Under the pieces are notes generated by a model that saw only the letters and a list, made by a program, of their open reading frames with translations, searched no databases and had not been told where the DNA came from. A program made the translations under genes and the position numbers. A stretch of DNA of 64,000 bases from contig CAIYVX010000104.1 of NCBI GenBank assembly GCA_903929765.1, positions 2,405-66,404 of the forward strand, read 5' to 3'. Source of the stretch: an uncultured Planctomycetia bacterium. GTDB lineage: Bacteria > Planctomycetota > Phycisphaerae > FEN-1346 > JAACEH01. Shown here in pieces: positions 1 through 8,679 of the stretch (positions within the stretch are counted from its first letter, which is position 1; each line of letters begins with the position of its first letter).

Positions 1-1491
1 CAGAATCCGCTCTTGCTTCTCGGGAGTCCAGACAAAAAAGAACGCCCGCGGATTCACGGCCGACCACAAAGTGCGCACCCCGCTGTAGGTGAAGAGATTG
101 TCCTCAGGACAGAGGGCGAAACCCGCATCAGGTTTGATCTGCGCCGGCGACCAGGGCGGCGCAGCACGGTCGTCGGGGGCTGGAATCAGACCGCGCGATC
201 CGGAGAGTTCGCCGAAGGCCCTCATCGCCGCGATGCGCTGCGGGGGCATTTGACGAATTTTGACCGCCAGGACACCAACCGCGAGCGCCTGGAGCACGGT
301 GGCCGCCACGACCAGAGCGAGAACTCGTCGCGGCCATCTTACCCAGCGTTCGGCCGCCAGGGCCGCCAGGAGAACGAAGATCGGCAGGATCGGCATGGCG
401 TAACGAATCTCCACCTGATTGTTCCGGGCCAGCAGGAGCACCTCCGGCAGGGCAAAGACCAGGACCATGAGCCACAGGCCGAAATTAACCGACCGCGCCG
501 CCTCCGGCCCGGTGGCGCCCCGCGACTTCCAGAAACCGCGGACCAAGTGGCCCAGTGCGAGCAACACTCCGACCAGGAGCGGCGCACCAAGATACATGAC
601 CAAGTCACGGAGATTGAAAATGCTGGAAACTTCAAAGAACTGTGCGGCGCCTTTTTCGAGGATCATCGCCCGGATGTCGGCGGGGATCGCGGCGTCGCCG
701 CCGGAGGCGCTGAGACGAGTGATGCCGATGGTGCCCAGATGGATCTGTCGCCACCAGAGGTCGGGCAAAACGCACAGTGCCGTGCCCAGACCGAACCAGA
801 TTCCCGCCACCGCGCGCTTCGACAACGTTTCGCGCGGCCAGAGAACCAGGCCCAGCAGGAAGGCCGGAAAGGTCAGAGCGACCGTCGGCTTGACCAGGAA
901 GGTCAGGCCGAAGGCCAGGCCGGCCAGCAGCGGCCAATCGAGCAGGGCACAGACCACCGCCGCCATCAGCAGGGCCATCATGGCCCCTTCGACGTAGAGA
1001 AGGAACCCGCCGAAAAACAGCATGGCCGGCAGACTGGCCGCCGCAGCCAGAGCCCACCAACCCAGCCGGTCGGGCGAAACCTCCGTCGCCCCCTGTACCG
1101 TCAGCGCGGCCCGACGGTTAATCAGTCGCCCCAAGGCCCGGCCAGCAGTCCACGCCAGACCGACGAACAGCACAAACCAACCCGCCTCGTAAGCTTGGGC
1201 AACCAACACGCTCTGCCCCGTTACTCGCCACAGCGCCGCCAGGCCAGTTTCCCAGAGTGCCCCGTCATAGAAAGGAAGTCCCGGCGGAACGGTCGGGCCG
1301 TAGGTAGGATCAAAGGCCAGTCGGCACCCGGCGTCGAGAAAGTTGGCCGCCTTGCGGAGATGGTAGCTTTCGTCGCCGAGGGATAGGGTGGTGCTCGCGC
1401 CGATGGCAAAAACGAAAAGTCCCGTCGCCAGGGCGACCAGCCAGGCGGCCAGAGCGGGAGAGCTGAGAGAACGGGATGAATCTTGGGTCAT
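1..1491 (-). CDS. GT-C fold (ArnT/PMT-like, GT39/GT83-type) membrane glycosyltransferase, 3' end runs off the window
   Basis: Not in the ORF track because it is truncated. Manual translation from ATG 1491: MTQDSSRSLSSPALAAWLVALATGLFVFAIGASTTLSLGDESYHLRKAANF... It has a first TM helix followed by a DE motif and many TM segments. Clear paralog of 49961..51700 (GDESHHYHEAVNF). Confidence 0.7.
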   Translation of the reverse strand, partial: MTQDSSRSLSSPALAAWLVALATGLFVFAIGASTTLSLGDESYHLRKAANFLDAGCRLAFDPTYGPTVPPGLPFYDGALWETGLAALWRVTGQSVLVAQAYEAGWFVLFVGLAWTAGRALGRLINRRAALTVQGATEVSPDRLGWWALAAAASLPAMLFFGGFLLYVEGAMMALLMAAVVCALLDWPLLAGLAFGLTFLVKPTVALTFPAFLLGLVLWPRETLSKRAVAGIWFGLGTALCVLPDLWWRQIHLGTIGITRLSASGGDAAIPADIRAMILEKGAAQFFEVSSIFNLRDLVMYLGAPLLVGVLLALGHLVRGFWKSRGATGPEAARSVNFGLWLMVLVFALPEVLLLARNNQVEIRYAMPILPIFVLLAALAAERWVRWPRRVLALVVAATVLQALAVGVLAVKIRQMPPQRIAAMRAFGELSGSRGLIPAPDDRAAPPWSPAQIKPDAGFALCPEDNLFTYSGVRTLWSAVNPRAFFFVWTPEKQERIL

Positions 1492-1501
1492 CGGCCGGGC
1501 A

Positions 1502-1530
1502 ATTCTACCAACTTCTACCATCGCGGGCAA
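1502..1530 (-). promoter_or_regulatory. putative sigma70 promoter for the GT-C gene
   Basis: Minus strand reads TTGCCC-N17-TAGAAT, 10 nt upstream of ATG 1491. Confidence 0.45.
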
Positions 1531-1546
1531 GTTTTGCAACACCCCG

Positions 1547-1656
1547 GGGTGCATTAACGTTTTGGGGAAACAGCCAAAGACCAGGGGCAAGATGCCCCTG
1601 GCACTCACGGGCAAGATGCCCGTGCCACTGTACAGCCCCAAAACGTTAATGCACCC
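1547..1656. mobile_element. 110-bp MITE-like element with 21-bp terminal inverted repeats and 9-bp target-site duplication, carrying two REP hairpins
   Basis: GGGTGCATTAACGTTTTGGGG (1547-1567) and its perfect reverse complement (1636-1656). Direct repeat AACACCCCG at 1538-1546 and 1657-1665. Internal CCAGGGGCAAGATGCCCCTGGCAC and CACGGGCAAGATGCCCGTGCCAC. Confidence 0.85.
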
Positions 1657-1677
1657 AACACCCCGCCGCGCAGGGGA

Positions 1678-3123
1678 TTATTTCCTGACCACCAGCAGCC
1701 AGACCGAGAAGATCGCCGTCAGCAGCGCCGCCAGGAGGAAAGCCCGCCTCGCAATCGGCACGCCGAGACGCACGTGGATCAGCAGCACTTTAGCCAGCCA
1801 GGCCGGCAGAAACGCCCCCACCAGGGCCAGGCAGATTCCTGTCATGTACCAGTGCCGGTAGAACGGAATGGCCAGCCCCAGCATCAGGGCGAACTTCAGC
1901 CATTCGATCAGCGTCAGCCAGCGGGCTTGGCCCGAGCCGTTAAGCACCGGGTCCAAGGCGCACCGCTGGGCCTCGAAGGCCACCCCGTAGGCCAGAATCA
2001 CCAGAGCAAACCAATAGGTCGTAAACGTCGTCCCGAAAATCCCCAGGAGCGGCCCCGCCCCCAGGGTGAACATAACAAAAATCGCTGTGGCCGCCAGCCC
2101 GGTCACGGTCAGGGAACGCCGCACCAGGGCCGCCAGAACCTGCGGGTCGCGCGTACCGTGGGCGTCGCTGACCGCCGGCAACAGGGCGATGCCCAGCGGT
2201 ATCAGCAACACTTCGTAGCTCCGCGTCAGGGTCCACAGCGGCGCAAACCGCCCCACGCTGGCGTACCCTTCGCCGGGCGGACTCATCCACCAGACAATCG
2301 CCACCGCCAGGTACAGGAGGATGTAGCCGGCCGCCATCGGGGTAAACAGCGCGGCTCCAGTGCGCAGCCGTTCTATCGGCCGGTAGCCGCGCAGCGTCAG
2401 GTCGTAGTACGCCACGTCTGCGGCGGCGTGCGGCGGACGCGGGGCGGCGCGGCGATCTCGCAGGAGGCGTCGCAAGAGGAGCAGCGCGGCCACACCGGCC
2501 ACCAGGTACCAGACAATCCAGCCCCAGACGATCCAATACCAGGGCCAGGCCGCCAGGACGACCAAGCCGCAGATCACCAGCCGCGCCGGCTGCGAGATCA
2601 GATCCTGGAACAGGGTGAACTGCATCTGCTGGAAGCCGGCGAACACGCCCGCCGTCTGTTGCATGATGGCACAGACGACCACCAAGATGACCGAGAGGTA
2701 GATCAGATCGCGCAGTTGTTGGATTTCCTCCGAGCGGCTGGCCAGGCCCGAGATCGTGGCCAGGGCATCGACAACGCCGGGCACCAGAAAAACGGTCAAG
2801 CCCATGACCAGCCCGCCGATGGCGGCGTGCAGCAGTCCCACCGCGGCCACGTGGCCGGGGCTGCGGCCGCCCAACCCGGCCACACTCCTCGAAATCAGCA
2901 GCGTCGAGGCCTGGCCATTGCCCAGGTCGCCCAGCAGGATGCCGATGGCGACGATCGTCCCGAGCACTTGTATCTGCCCGAGAATACCAGCCCCAAGATA
3001 GCGGGCGATCAAAATCGTGCTGACAGCGGAGACGACATTACAGACCCCGGAGTCCACAATGAGGTAAATGACGTTTCGCGAGACGCGACCGAAGATGTGA
3101 TGGCGCGGATCAGGGGTGCCCAT
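1678..3123 (-). CDS. Wzx/MOP-family oligosaccharide flippase
   Basis: 12+ TM helices; N-terminal 'ILIARYLGAGILGQ' and C-terminal 'LALVGAF' pattern typical of polysaccharide exporters; start refined to MGTPDP. Confidence 0.8.
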   Translation of the reverse strand: MGTPDPRHHIFGRVSRNVIYLIVDSGVCNVVSAVSTILIARYLGAGILGQIQVLGTIVAIGILLGDLGNGQASTLLISRSVAGLGGRSPGHVAAVGLLHAAIGGLVMGLTVFLVPGVVDALATISGLASRSEEIQQLRDLIYLSVILVVVCAIMQQTAGVFAGFQQMQFTLFQDLISQPARLVICGLVVLAAWPWYWIVWGWIVWYLVAGVAALLLLRRLLRDRRAAPRPPHAAADVAYYDLTLRGYRPIERLRTGAALFTPMAAGYILLYLAVAIVWWMSPPGEGYASVGRFAPLWTLTRSYEVLLIPLGIALLPAVSDAHGTRDPQVLAALVRRSLTVTGLAATAIFVMFTLGAGPLLGIFGTTFTTYWFALVILAYGVAFEAQRCALDPVLNGSGQARWLTLIEWLKFALMLGLAIPFYRHWYMTGICLALVGAFLPAWLAKVLLIHVRLGVPIARRAFLLAALLTAIFSVWLLVVRK

Positions 3124-3315
3124 CGCGAATCCTGTCAGAGAGCGGTTCCGGCAAATAACTTCGTGGTTATAAGAACGAGACAATATCGATGGCGAGAAAC
3201 AACTAGCCACTGGAAGCGCCACCTTGAACGTCGAAAAATTATTGACCAGCGGCAGATCAAAGGCAGAATCTTCATACAGTGCCGTCTCCGTCCACTTCCA
3301 GCGCCGCAAAGTGTG

Positions 3316-3999
3316 CTACTTCAAGTCAACGCGCATGAGGATCATGGCAATGGCCCGGCCCTGGTAATCGGCCCGGGCCACGGGGATGCCGAGTTCCTTG
3401 AACAGCGTGGGGTAATCGTGGGCAAAGGTGTATTCGTTGATGCTCAGCGACTCGCCCGGCCGCACGCCCACACGGACCTGCTCCTCAAGGCACCAGAGGG
3501 TTTTGCTGGTGACCCGGGCCAGTTCGCGGATGGCTTCGCGGACGTGCTCCGGCGGCACGTGCATCAGCACCCCGTGCGTCACCACCGTCTCAAAAGAGCC
3601 ATCCCGGAACGGCAGCCGCGTGATGTCACCGCAGACCAGCGGCAGGTCGAAGGCCAGTTCCCGGCGGGCCTGTTGGAGCAGGGTGAAACTCAGGTCCAGC
3701 CCGAACAACCGGCAGGGAAAGCCCAGTTGTTCCCGGAAAAAACGCAGGTTCCGGCCGAAGCCGCAACCGACTTCCAGGAGTTCTGTCGGCCGCGATTCCT
3801 GGAGCCGCGCCAGCAGCCAAAAATTCGATTCGTGCAGCTTGCGCTGGTAGGGTTGATGGGTGAAGCGTTCGGCCCATTGTTCCCAGAAGTCGCGCGGGTG
3901 GTAGCCGTGACGGAGGAGATGGACGGTGCCGTTCTTGACGCTGGCCAGCCAGCGGGCGGCGCGGAAGCGCATGAGCAGGATTTTCAGGCGGTTAATCAC
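3316..3999 (-). CDS. class I SAM-dependent methyltransferase
   Basis: Motif I LLEVGCGFGR, GLDLS, GDITRLPF..SFETVVTHGVLMHV; GTG start with GGAG upstream. Confidence 0.85.
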   Translation of the reverse strand: MINRLKILLMRFRAARWLASVKNGTVHLLRHGYHPRDFWEQWAERFTHQPYQRKLHESNFWLLARLQESRPTELLEVGCGFGRNLRFFREQLGFPCRLFGLDLSFTLLQQARRELAFDLPLVCGDITRLPFRDGSFETVVTHGVLMHVPPEHVREAIRELARVTSKTLWCLEEQVRVGVRPGESLSINEYTFAHDYPTLFKELGIPVARADYQGRAIAMILMRVDLK

Positions 4000-4495
4000 G
4001 CCGACATTTCTCCACGAAAGCGGCCATGGCCGCAACGAGGCTTTCTTTGAGCAAGTGCGGCTCGTAGCGCTGGCCCGCCCGACGCCTGGCCATGGCCCGC
4101 TCCAGGGCCGACTCGAAATCGGCCATTTCCAGCACGATTTCGCGCATCGCCGATTCGTCGCGAATGGCCTCGCAGACCTCCACCTGATGATCGTTGGGCA
4201 TCTCGCCAAAACGGGCCTGCCGCGGCACCAGCACTAACGGCAAGCCCAGGCGCCGGGCCGCCAGGATCGGACCGGCCGAGCCGTGCGAGACGGCGACCTC
4301 GCTCTGGCCAAAAAGTTCCTGAAAATGGGCAAAGGGGGCGAAGGCGAAAAACTCCGCAGCATGGCGAGGCTGGTAGGTCGAGTAGCCGATCTGCATAAAG
4401 ACACGATGTTCGGGATGGCGGCCAGCCCAGTCGTCGGCGGCACGCACCAAGCGATCGAACTGCACGCCCGTTCCGACCGTCAGGATCAGATTCAT
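3992..4495 (-). CDS. PssE/CpsG/Alg13-like glycosyltransferase family 28 C-terminal subunit
   Basis: MNLILTVGT..QFDRLV...QIG...VSHGSAG...VPRQARFGE..NDHQ signature; overlaps its PssD partner by 4 nt. Confidence 0.85.
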   Translation of the reverse strand: MNLILTVGTGVQFDRLVRAADDWAGRHPEHRVFMQIGYSTYQPRHAAEFFAFAPFAHFQELFGQSEVAVSHGSAGPILAARRLGLPLVLVPRQARFGEMPNDHQVEVCEAIRDESAMREIVLEMADFESALERAMARRRAGQRYEPHLLKESLVAAMAAFVEKCRRD

Positions 4496-4983
4496 AGGAC
4501 ACGGCCCTCGTAGCGGGCGTGGGGTCCGAACATGGCGGTCTGGTGCGGCCACTGGACCAGAAACAGGTCGCTCCAGCGATAGACCCAGCGGGCCGTGCCG
4601 GTCGTCTCGTGAATGCGTGTCACCGTCTCCACGTAGATATTCCGCGTCCGCCACAGGAGCTTGCCCATGACGAACGGTCCGATAGCGATTTCGCTGCCGG
4701 TGGAAAAGAGAATGTCCGGCCGCTCCTGAAGGAAAATCCAGAAGAACTGGAACAGGTTGGCGATCAGCGACAAATAGAGCAGCAGGCCGCTGCTGCCCCA
4801 GAGGGCCACCAAGCGGATGCGGCTCACCAAGGGATGCGAATACGAAGCCATCTCGCCCTGGTGGCGATAACAGATCACGACCACCTGCGTGTCGCGAAAC
4901 GCTTCAAAACATTCTGCGGCTTCTTCGATATGCCCGCCGCCGGAGACGATGCACAGGGTTTTGAGGGGTTTCCTGTCGGCCAT
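4492..4983 (-). CDS. PssD/CpsF/Alg14-like glycosyltransferase subunit
   Basis: SGGGH, ERPDILFSTGSEIA, IYVET..R, LFLVQW motifs. Confidence 0.85.
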   Translation of the reverse strand: MADRKPLKTLCIVSGGGHIEEAAECFEAFRDTQVVVICYRHQGEMASYSHPLVSRIRLVALWGSSGLLLYLSLIANLFQFFWIFLQERPDILFSTGSEIAIGPFVMGKLLWRTRNIYVETVTRIHETTGTARWVYRWSDLFLVQWPHQTAMFGPHARYEGRVL

Positions 4984-4984
4984 C

Positions 4985-6511
4985 TTAAGAGATCTTTCCG
5001 TACTCGGCGCGGTAAAGTTGATAAAGTTTCCAGAAATAACGAAGCTCCGGCCAACCTTTGATCCGGCGCAGCGAGCGCATGGGGTTGAGGAACTTCCTGA
5101 CGCGGGAGCGATAGAACCGGCTGTGAGCCTGGTGCAGGACGGCTTGGAGTTCGGCTTTCTTGAAGTGCTTGGTGTCGCAGAAGACGGCGCTCTGGTGGCC
5201 GTAAAACTTCAGTTCGATGCTGTCGCCCAGGTCGGGCATCAAGCCTTCCTGGCGGTAAATATCGAAGAGCGGCGTGCCGGGGAAGGGCGTGGCCACGAAA
5301 AAGGCGGCGAAATCGAGGTCGCTGTCGACGGCGTACTGAATGGTCTGCTCGACTTCCGCCTTGGTCTCAAAGGGAAAACCGAGGATGAAGGAGGCATGGG
5401 TCCACATGCCGGCGCGGTTGCAGCGGCGGATGACATGGTCGCACTGGTCGAGCTTGATCTGGGTCTTGTTGATGAATTGTTGCGTCCTGGGGCAGCCGGT
5501 GTCGATGCCGAAGGTGACTTTGTAGCAGCCGCTGGCGGCCATTTTGTCGACCAGTTCGTCATCGAGGGTCCAGATGGCGACGCCGTTGGGCGTGCACCAG
5601 TGGAGGTCCAGGCGACGGCGGATCAGTTCGTTGCAGATTTCCATCATGCGGTCGTGCTTCAGGGTCAGGTTGTCGTCGAGAAAGGTGATCTCGCGAATGC
5701 CGTAGGTCTTGACGAGTTTTTCGATTTCGTCGACGACGGCCAGGGCGCCGCGGGCGCGGTAGCTGTTACGCCAGATGGAGTGGATCGAGCAGAAGACACA
5801 ACGGCACGGACAGCCGCGGCTGGTGATGACGTTCAGCCGAGGTGGGGCCATGGCCACGCGGTTGCGGTAAACTTCGTTCATGTAAACGGACATATCGAGC
5901 ATGTCCCGGGCCATTTCCGGGAGCGAATCGAGGTCGGCGATGAATGGCCGTTCTGGGTTACGAATGATTTGGCCGTCTGGTCCGCGAACCACGGTGCCGG
6001 CGATGTCGTTGATGGGCCGTCCGGCGGCGCGGCGTTCGAGGATTTCCAGGAGAGTCTCCTCGCCTTCGCCGACGACCACCAGGTCGATATTCTTGTCGGC
6101 CATGATCCACTCGGGCAGGGCCGAGGCGTGGCTGCCACCGACCGTGACGAGGACACCGGGCCAGACCTGTTTTACCACCGCCGCCGCGTCGTGTACGCCG
6201 CGGGCGTGCATGGTGAACATGCTGGTGATACCGACCACATCCGGGCGTTCTGCGGCGGGCAGGGCGGACAGTTCCTGGCGCAAGGCCTCGTCGCTCAAGC
6301 CGCTCTTGAAGAAGCCGTGGCCGCACTCGACATAAGGAATGTTACGCAAGGCGTCAAAGATGCGCACGCCATGTCCGCGTTGGCGCAGGAAGGCGGCCAA
6401 GCTGAGCAGCCCAAGCGGCTCGTCGGCCTGAATATCCCAGGCTCCACCATAGAGTGTGTAGGGGGGATTCACGAGCAAGGCAAAAGCCATGATCTTTCTC
6501 TCCAATGTCAT
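4985..6511 (-). CDS. cobalamin-binding radical SAM protein
   Basis: EPLGLLSLAA..GGSHAS..GEGE B12-binding domain followed by TSRGCPCRCVFC (CxxxCxxC). Confidence 0.9.
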   Translation of the reverse strand: MTLERKIMAFALLVNPPYTLYGGAWDIQADEPLGLLSLAAFLRQRGHGVRIFDALRNIPYVECGHGFFKSGLSDEALRQELSALPAAERPDVVGITSMFTMHARGVHDAAAVVKQVWPGVLVTVGGSHASALPEWIMADKNIDLVVVGEGEETLLEILERRAAGRPINDIAGTVVRGPDGQIIRNPERPFIADLDSLPEMARDMLDMSVYMNEVYRNRVAMAPPRLNVITSRGCPCRCVFCSIHSIWRNSYRARGALAVVDEIEKLVKTYGIREITFLDDNLTLKHDRMMEICNELIRRRLDLHWCTPNGVAIWTLDDELVDKMAASGCYKVTFGIDTGCPRTQQFINKTQIKLDQCDHVIRRCNRAGMWTHASFILGFPFETKAEVEQTIQYAVDSDLDFAAFFVATPFPGTPLFDIYRQEGLMPDLGDSIELKFYGHQSAVFCDTKHFKKAELQAVLHQAHSRFYRSRVRKFLNPMRSLRRIKGWPELRYFWKLYQLYRAEYGKIS

Positions 6512-6540
6512 GTCGCTACCGCGGCCGACCGGGCCACGGA

Positions 6541-7596
6541 TCAGCAGGATTCTATCAGGTCAACCAGCGTTCTGGTATAGCGCAGCCCTGATTTTACCTG
6601 CCAAGCGGGCGAATCTTTGAGCAACTCGGCCAAGATTGGTCCGAGGTTGTCCCATTGCCAGCCGTAAGCCGACTGCGGCACGATGTAGCGGTAGGCCTCG
6701 AGAAAACGGCCGATCATCGTACCGTGTCCGACGTAGCTGGTCCGCTCCATGCGGCAGTTGAGGGTGACGCACTCGGCTGCGGCGGCGCTTTGGAGCGGTT
6801 CGGCGTGCGGCTCCCGGCGGGGGCCGGGCGAGGCTTGGAGGACGATGAGTTTGGCGAGCCGGGCCTGGCGGGAGAAGGTCAGGTCGACCTGGTCCTGGCG
6901 ATAGAGATAGCGCAAGAGCCGCAACCTGTCCACCAGCGACAGATTCTCGTCCTCCATGTGACGAAGCTGAAACTGGAACCAGCGCGGCGAGGTGGGCAGG
7001 GCAAGAACCTCGGTCCCACGACCGTCGGCGGCGGCGCGGAGGAGGACGAAGTCGTCGCTCATGGGCTGCCAGCCGCGGCGCACCAGTTCGGCGACGACGG
7101 CGGTCTTGTTGACTCCGCCGCGTCCGGCGATGACCACGGCCCGGCCGTCGCGTTCGGCGGCGCCGGCGTGGACGAGGTAAAGCCCGCGGGCCGCCAGTTG
7201 GCCTTCGAGAATCGGCCAGAGGACGTAGACCATGGCGATCAGGTCGGGAAAAAGCCGCCAGGGCAATTTGTGAAAATTGGTTGGGCCGTGGGCGAAGCGG
7301 ATCACCAGCGGCGCGCCCGGCGGGCGTTCGAGGCCGTCGATGTCGGCCTGCCACGAGAGGCCCTTGTCGCTGTCCTGCAAGAAAAGGTATCCCGGCCTGG
7401 CCCAGTAGAGGCGGTCGAGCGAGAAGCATTGCTCGAGGTCGGGCTGGAACGGTCCGATGACGAGTTCGATGTCGGCGGCGCCGCCGGGGTCGGCCGTGGC
7501 GAACCAGTGGAGCTTGTTGTTGAGGTCGGGGACGCGAGCCGGAGTCAGGCCGGTGAGGCGAAGGCGGAGGCCGAAGATGTCGAGAAAGGCGTTCAA
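6541..7596 (-). CDS. HPr-kinase/PEPCK-like P-loop protein with a degenerate Walker A
   Basis: LVHAGAAERDGRAVVIAGRGGVNKT...GWQPMSDDFV matches the HA..GxxGxGKT..DD pattern of the HprK C-terminal fold; TTG start. Confidence 0.6.
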   Translation of the reverse strand: MNAFLDIFGLRLRLTGLTPARVPDLNNKLHWFATADPGGAADIELVIGPFQPDLEQCFSLDRLYWARPGYLFLQDSDKGLSWQADIDGLERPPGAPLVIRFAHGPTNFHKLPWRLFPDLIAMVYVLWPILEGQLAARGLYLVHAGAAERDGRAVVIAGRGGVNKTAVVAELVRRGWQPMSDDFVLLRAAADGRGTEVLALPTSPRWFQFQLRHMEDENLSLVDRLRLLRYLYRQDQVDLTFSRQARLAKLIVLQASPGPRREPHAEPLQSAAAAECVTLNCRMERTSYVGHGTMIGRFLEAYRYIVPQSAYGWQWDNLGPILAELLKDSPAWQVKSGLRYTRTLVDLIESC

Positions 7597-8678
7597 GGCC
7601 GGGCCTCCCCGGCGGCGGGGTCAAGGTCGCGTTTGGCCTGGTCGTGGATCATCTCGAAGACCTCCGGTGTGTAGTCCTGCGGCACTGAGATCTGGCGGCA
7701 GACGGCCCGAGCCAGGCGCTGGGCGAGGCGCGACTCGAACTCGGGCCAGAGCCTGGTCAGCGGGCTGCCGGGATTGGCGTAGTTGTAGGCCAGGAGCATA
7801 GCCCGCAGTTCGTCGGCTTCGAAGAGGGTGCTGATGAAGACCTGCCGGGCGAAGAGGTCGGTCGGGCGCGGTTCGCTGACGGCCGGGCGCGGTCCGTGAA
7901 TCAGCAGGTAGACGGCTCCGAGCGGGGCCGAGTCGATGATCTGCGGGCCGAAGACATCCTGCGACGGGATGCGGGTGAAGAGCGTGATGCGCCGGAGCGT
8001 GGCGAGAGCGAGGGACTTTTTGAGAAAAATCTCGGCCCTCTTGCCCGTCGAGAAGCGCACGCCGAGCAGCCGTTCGACGTCGTAGGTGAACCGGAGGTTG
8101 AAGGGCGTGACGAAGCTGTAGGCCCGATCCTCGGCAAGGATGCAGGAATCGTCGCCGAGGAAATCCCAGCCGCGGCGGGCGAAGTTGACGGCGGTGATGG
8201 TCTTTCCGGTTCCGCCGCGAGCCGGCAGGAGCAGTGAACGGCCGTGGCGGCCGACGGCCGGGGCGTGCAACAGGAGCAGCCCCCGGCGGGCGAGCTGGAG
8301 GCGGATGAGGGAATAAATCGTTTCGCCGGGGAAGACGAGCCGGGCGGTGTAATTGGGGTCGATGCGGACGCGCAGGGGGCCGGTTTCGAGGCCAGTGATT
8401 TCCGTGCGCCAGCGGGCGCTCTTAAACCGCGATTCGTAATAGATGAAGTCCGGCCTGACCCAGTAGCGTCCGTCGAGAACCACCGTGTCGTCGAGGCGGG
8501 GCTGGAACGGGCCGATTTCGACGTCGATATCTGGTTCGGCAGCGGTCTCGGCGGCGCCCGGATCGGAGACGCGGTAATAGCCGAAGGTGGTGTCGAGAAA
8601 CCCGTCGACCAGCGTTCGCCGCTGACGGCGGACACGGAGTCGCAGCAGGTCGTGGAAATTGTACAGGTCGGCGTTCAG
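7593..8678 (-). CDS. HPr-kinase/PEPCK-like P-loop protein, paralog of 6541..7596
   Basis: LLHAPAVGRHGRSLLLPARGGTGKT...GWDFLGDD; start uncertain, probably CTG at 8678 directly after the upstream stop. Confidence 0.6.
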   Translation of the reverse strand: MNADLYNFHDLLRLRVRRQRRTLVDGFLDTTFGYYRVSDPGAAETAAEPDIDVEIGPFQPRLDDTVVLDGRYWVRPDFIYYESRFKSARWRTEITGLETGPLRVRIDPNYTARLVFPGETIYSLIRLQLARRGLLLLHAPAVGRHGRSLLLPARGGTGKTITAVNFARRGWDFLGDDSCILAEDRAYSFVTPFNLRFTYDVERLLGVRFSTGKRAEIFLKKSLALATLRRITLFTRIPSQDVFGPQIIDSAPLGAVYLLIHGPRPAVSEPRPTDLFARQVFISTLFEADELRAMLLAYNYANPGSPLTRLWPEFESRLAQRLARAVCRQISVPQDYTPEVFEMIHDQAKRDLDPAAGEARP

Positions 8679-8679
8679 A

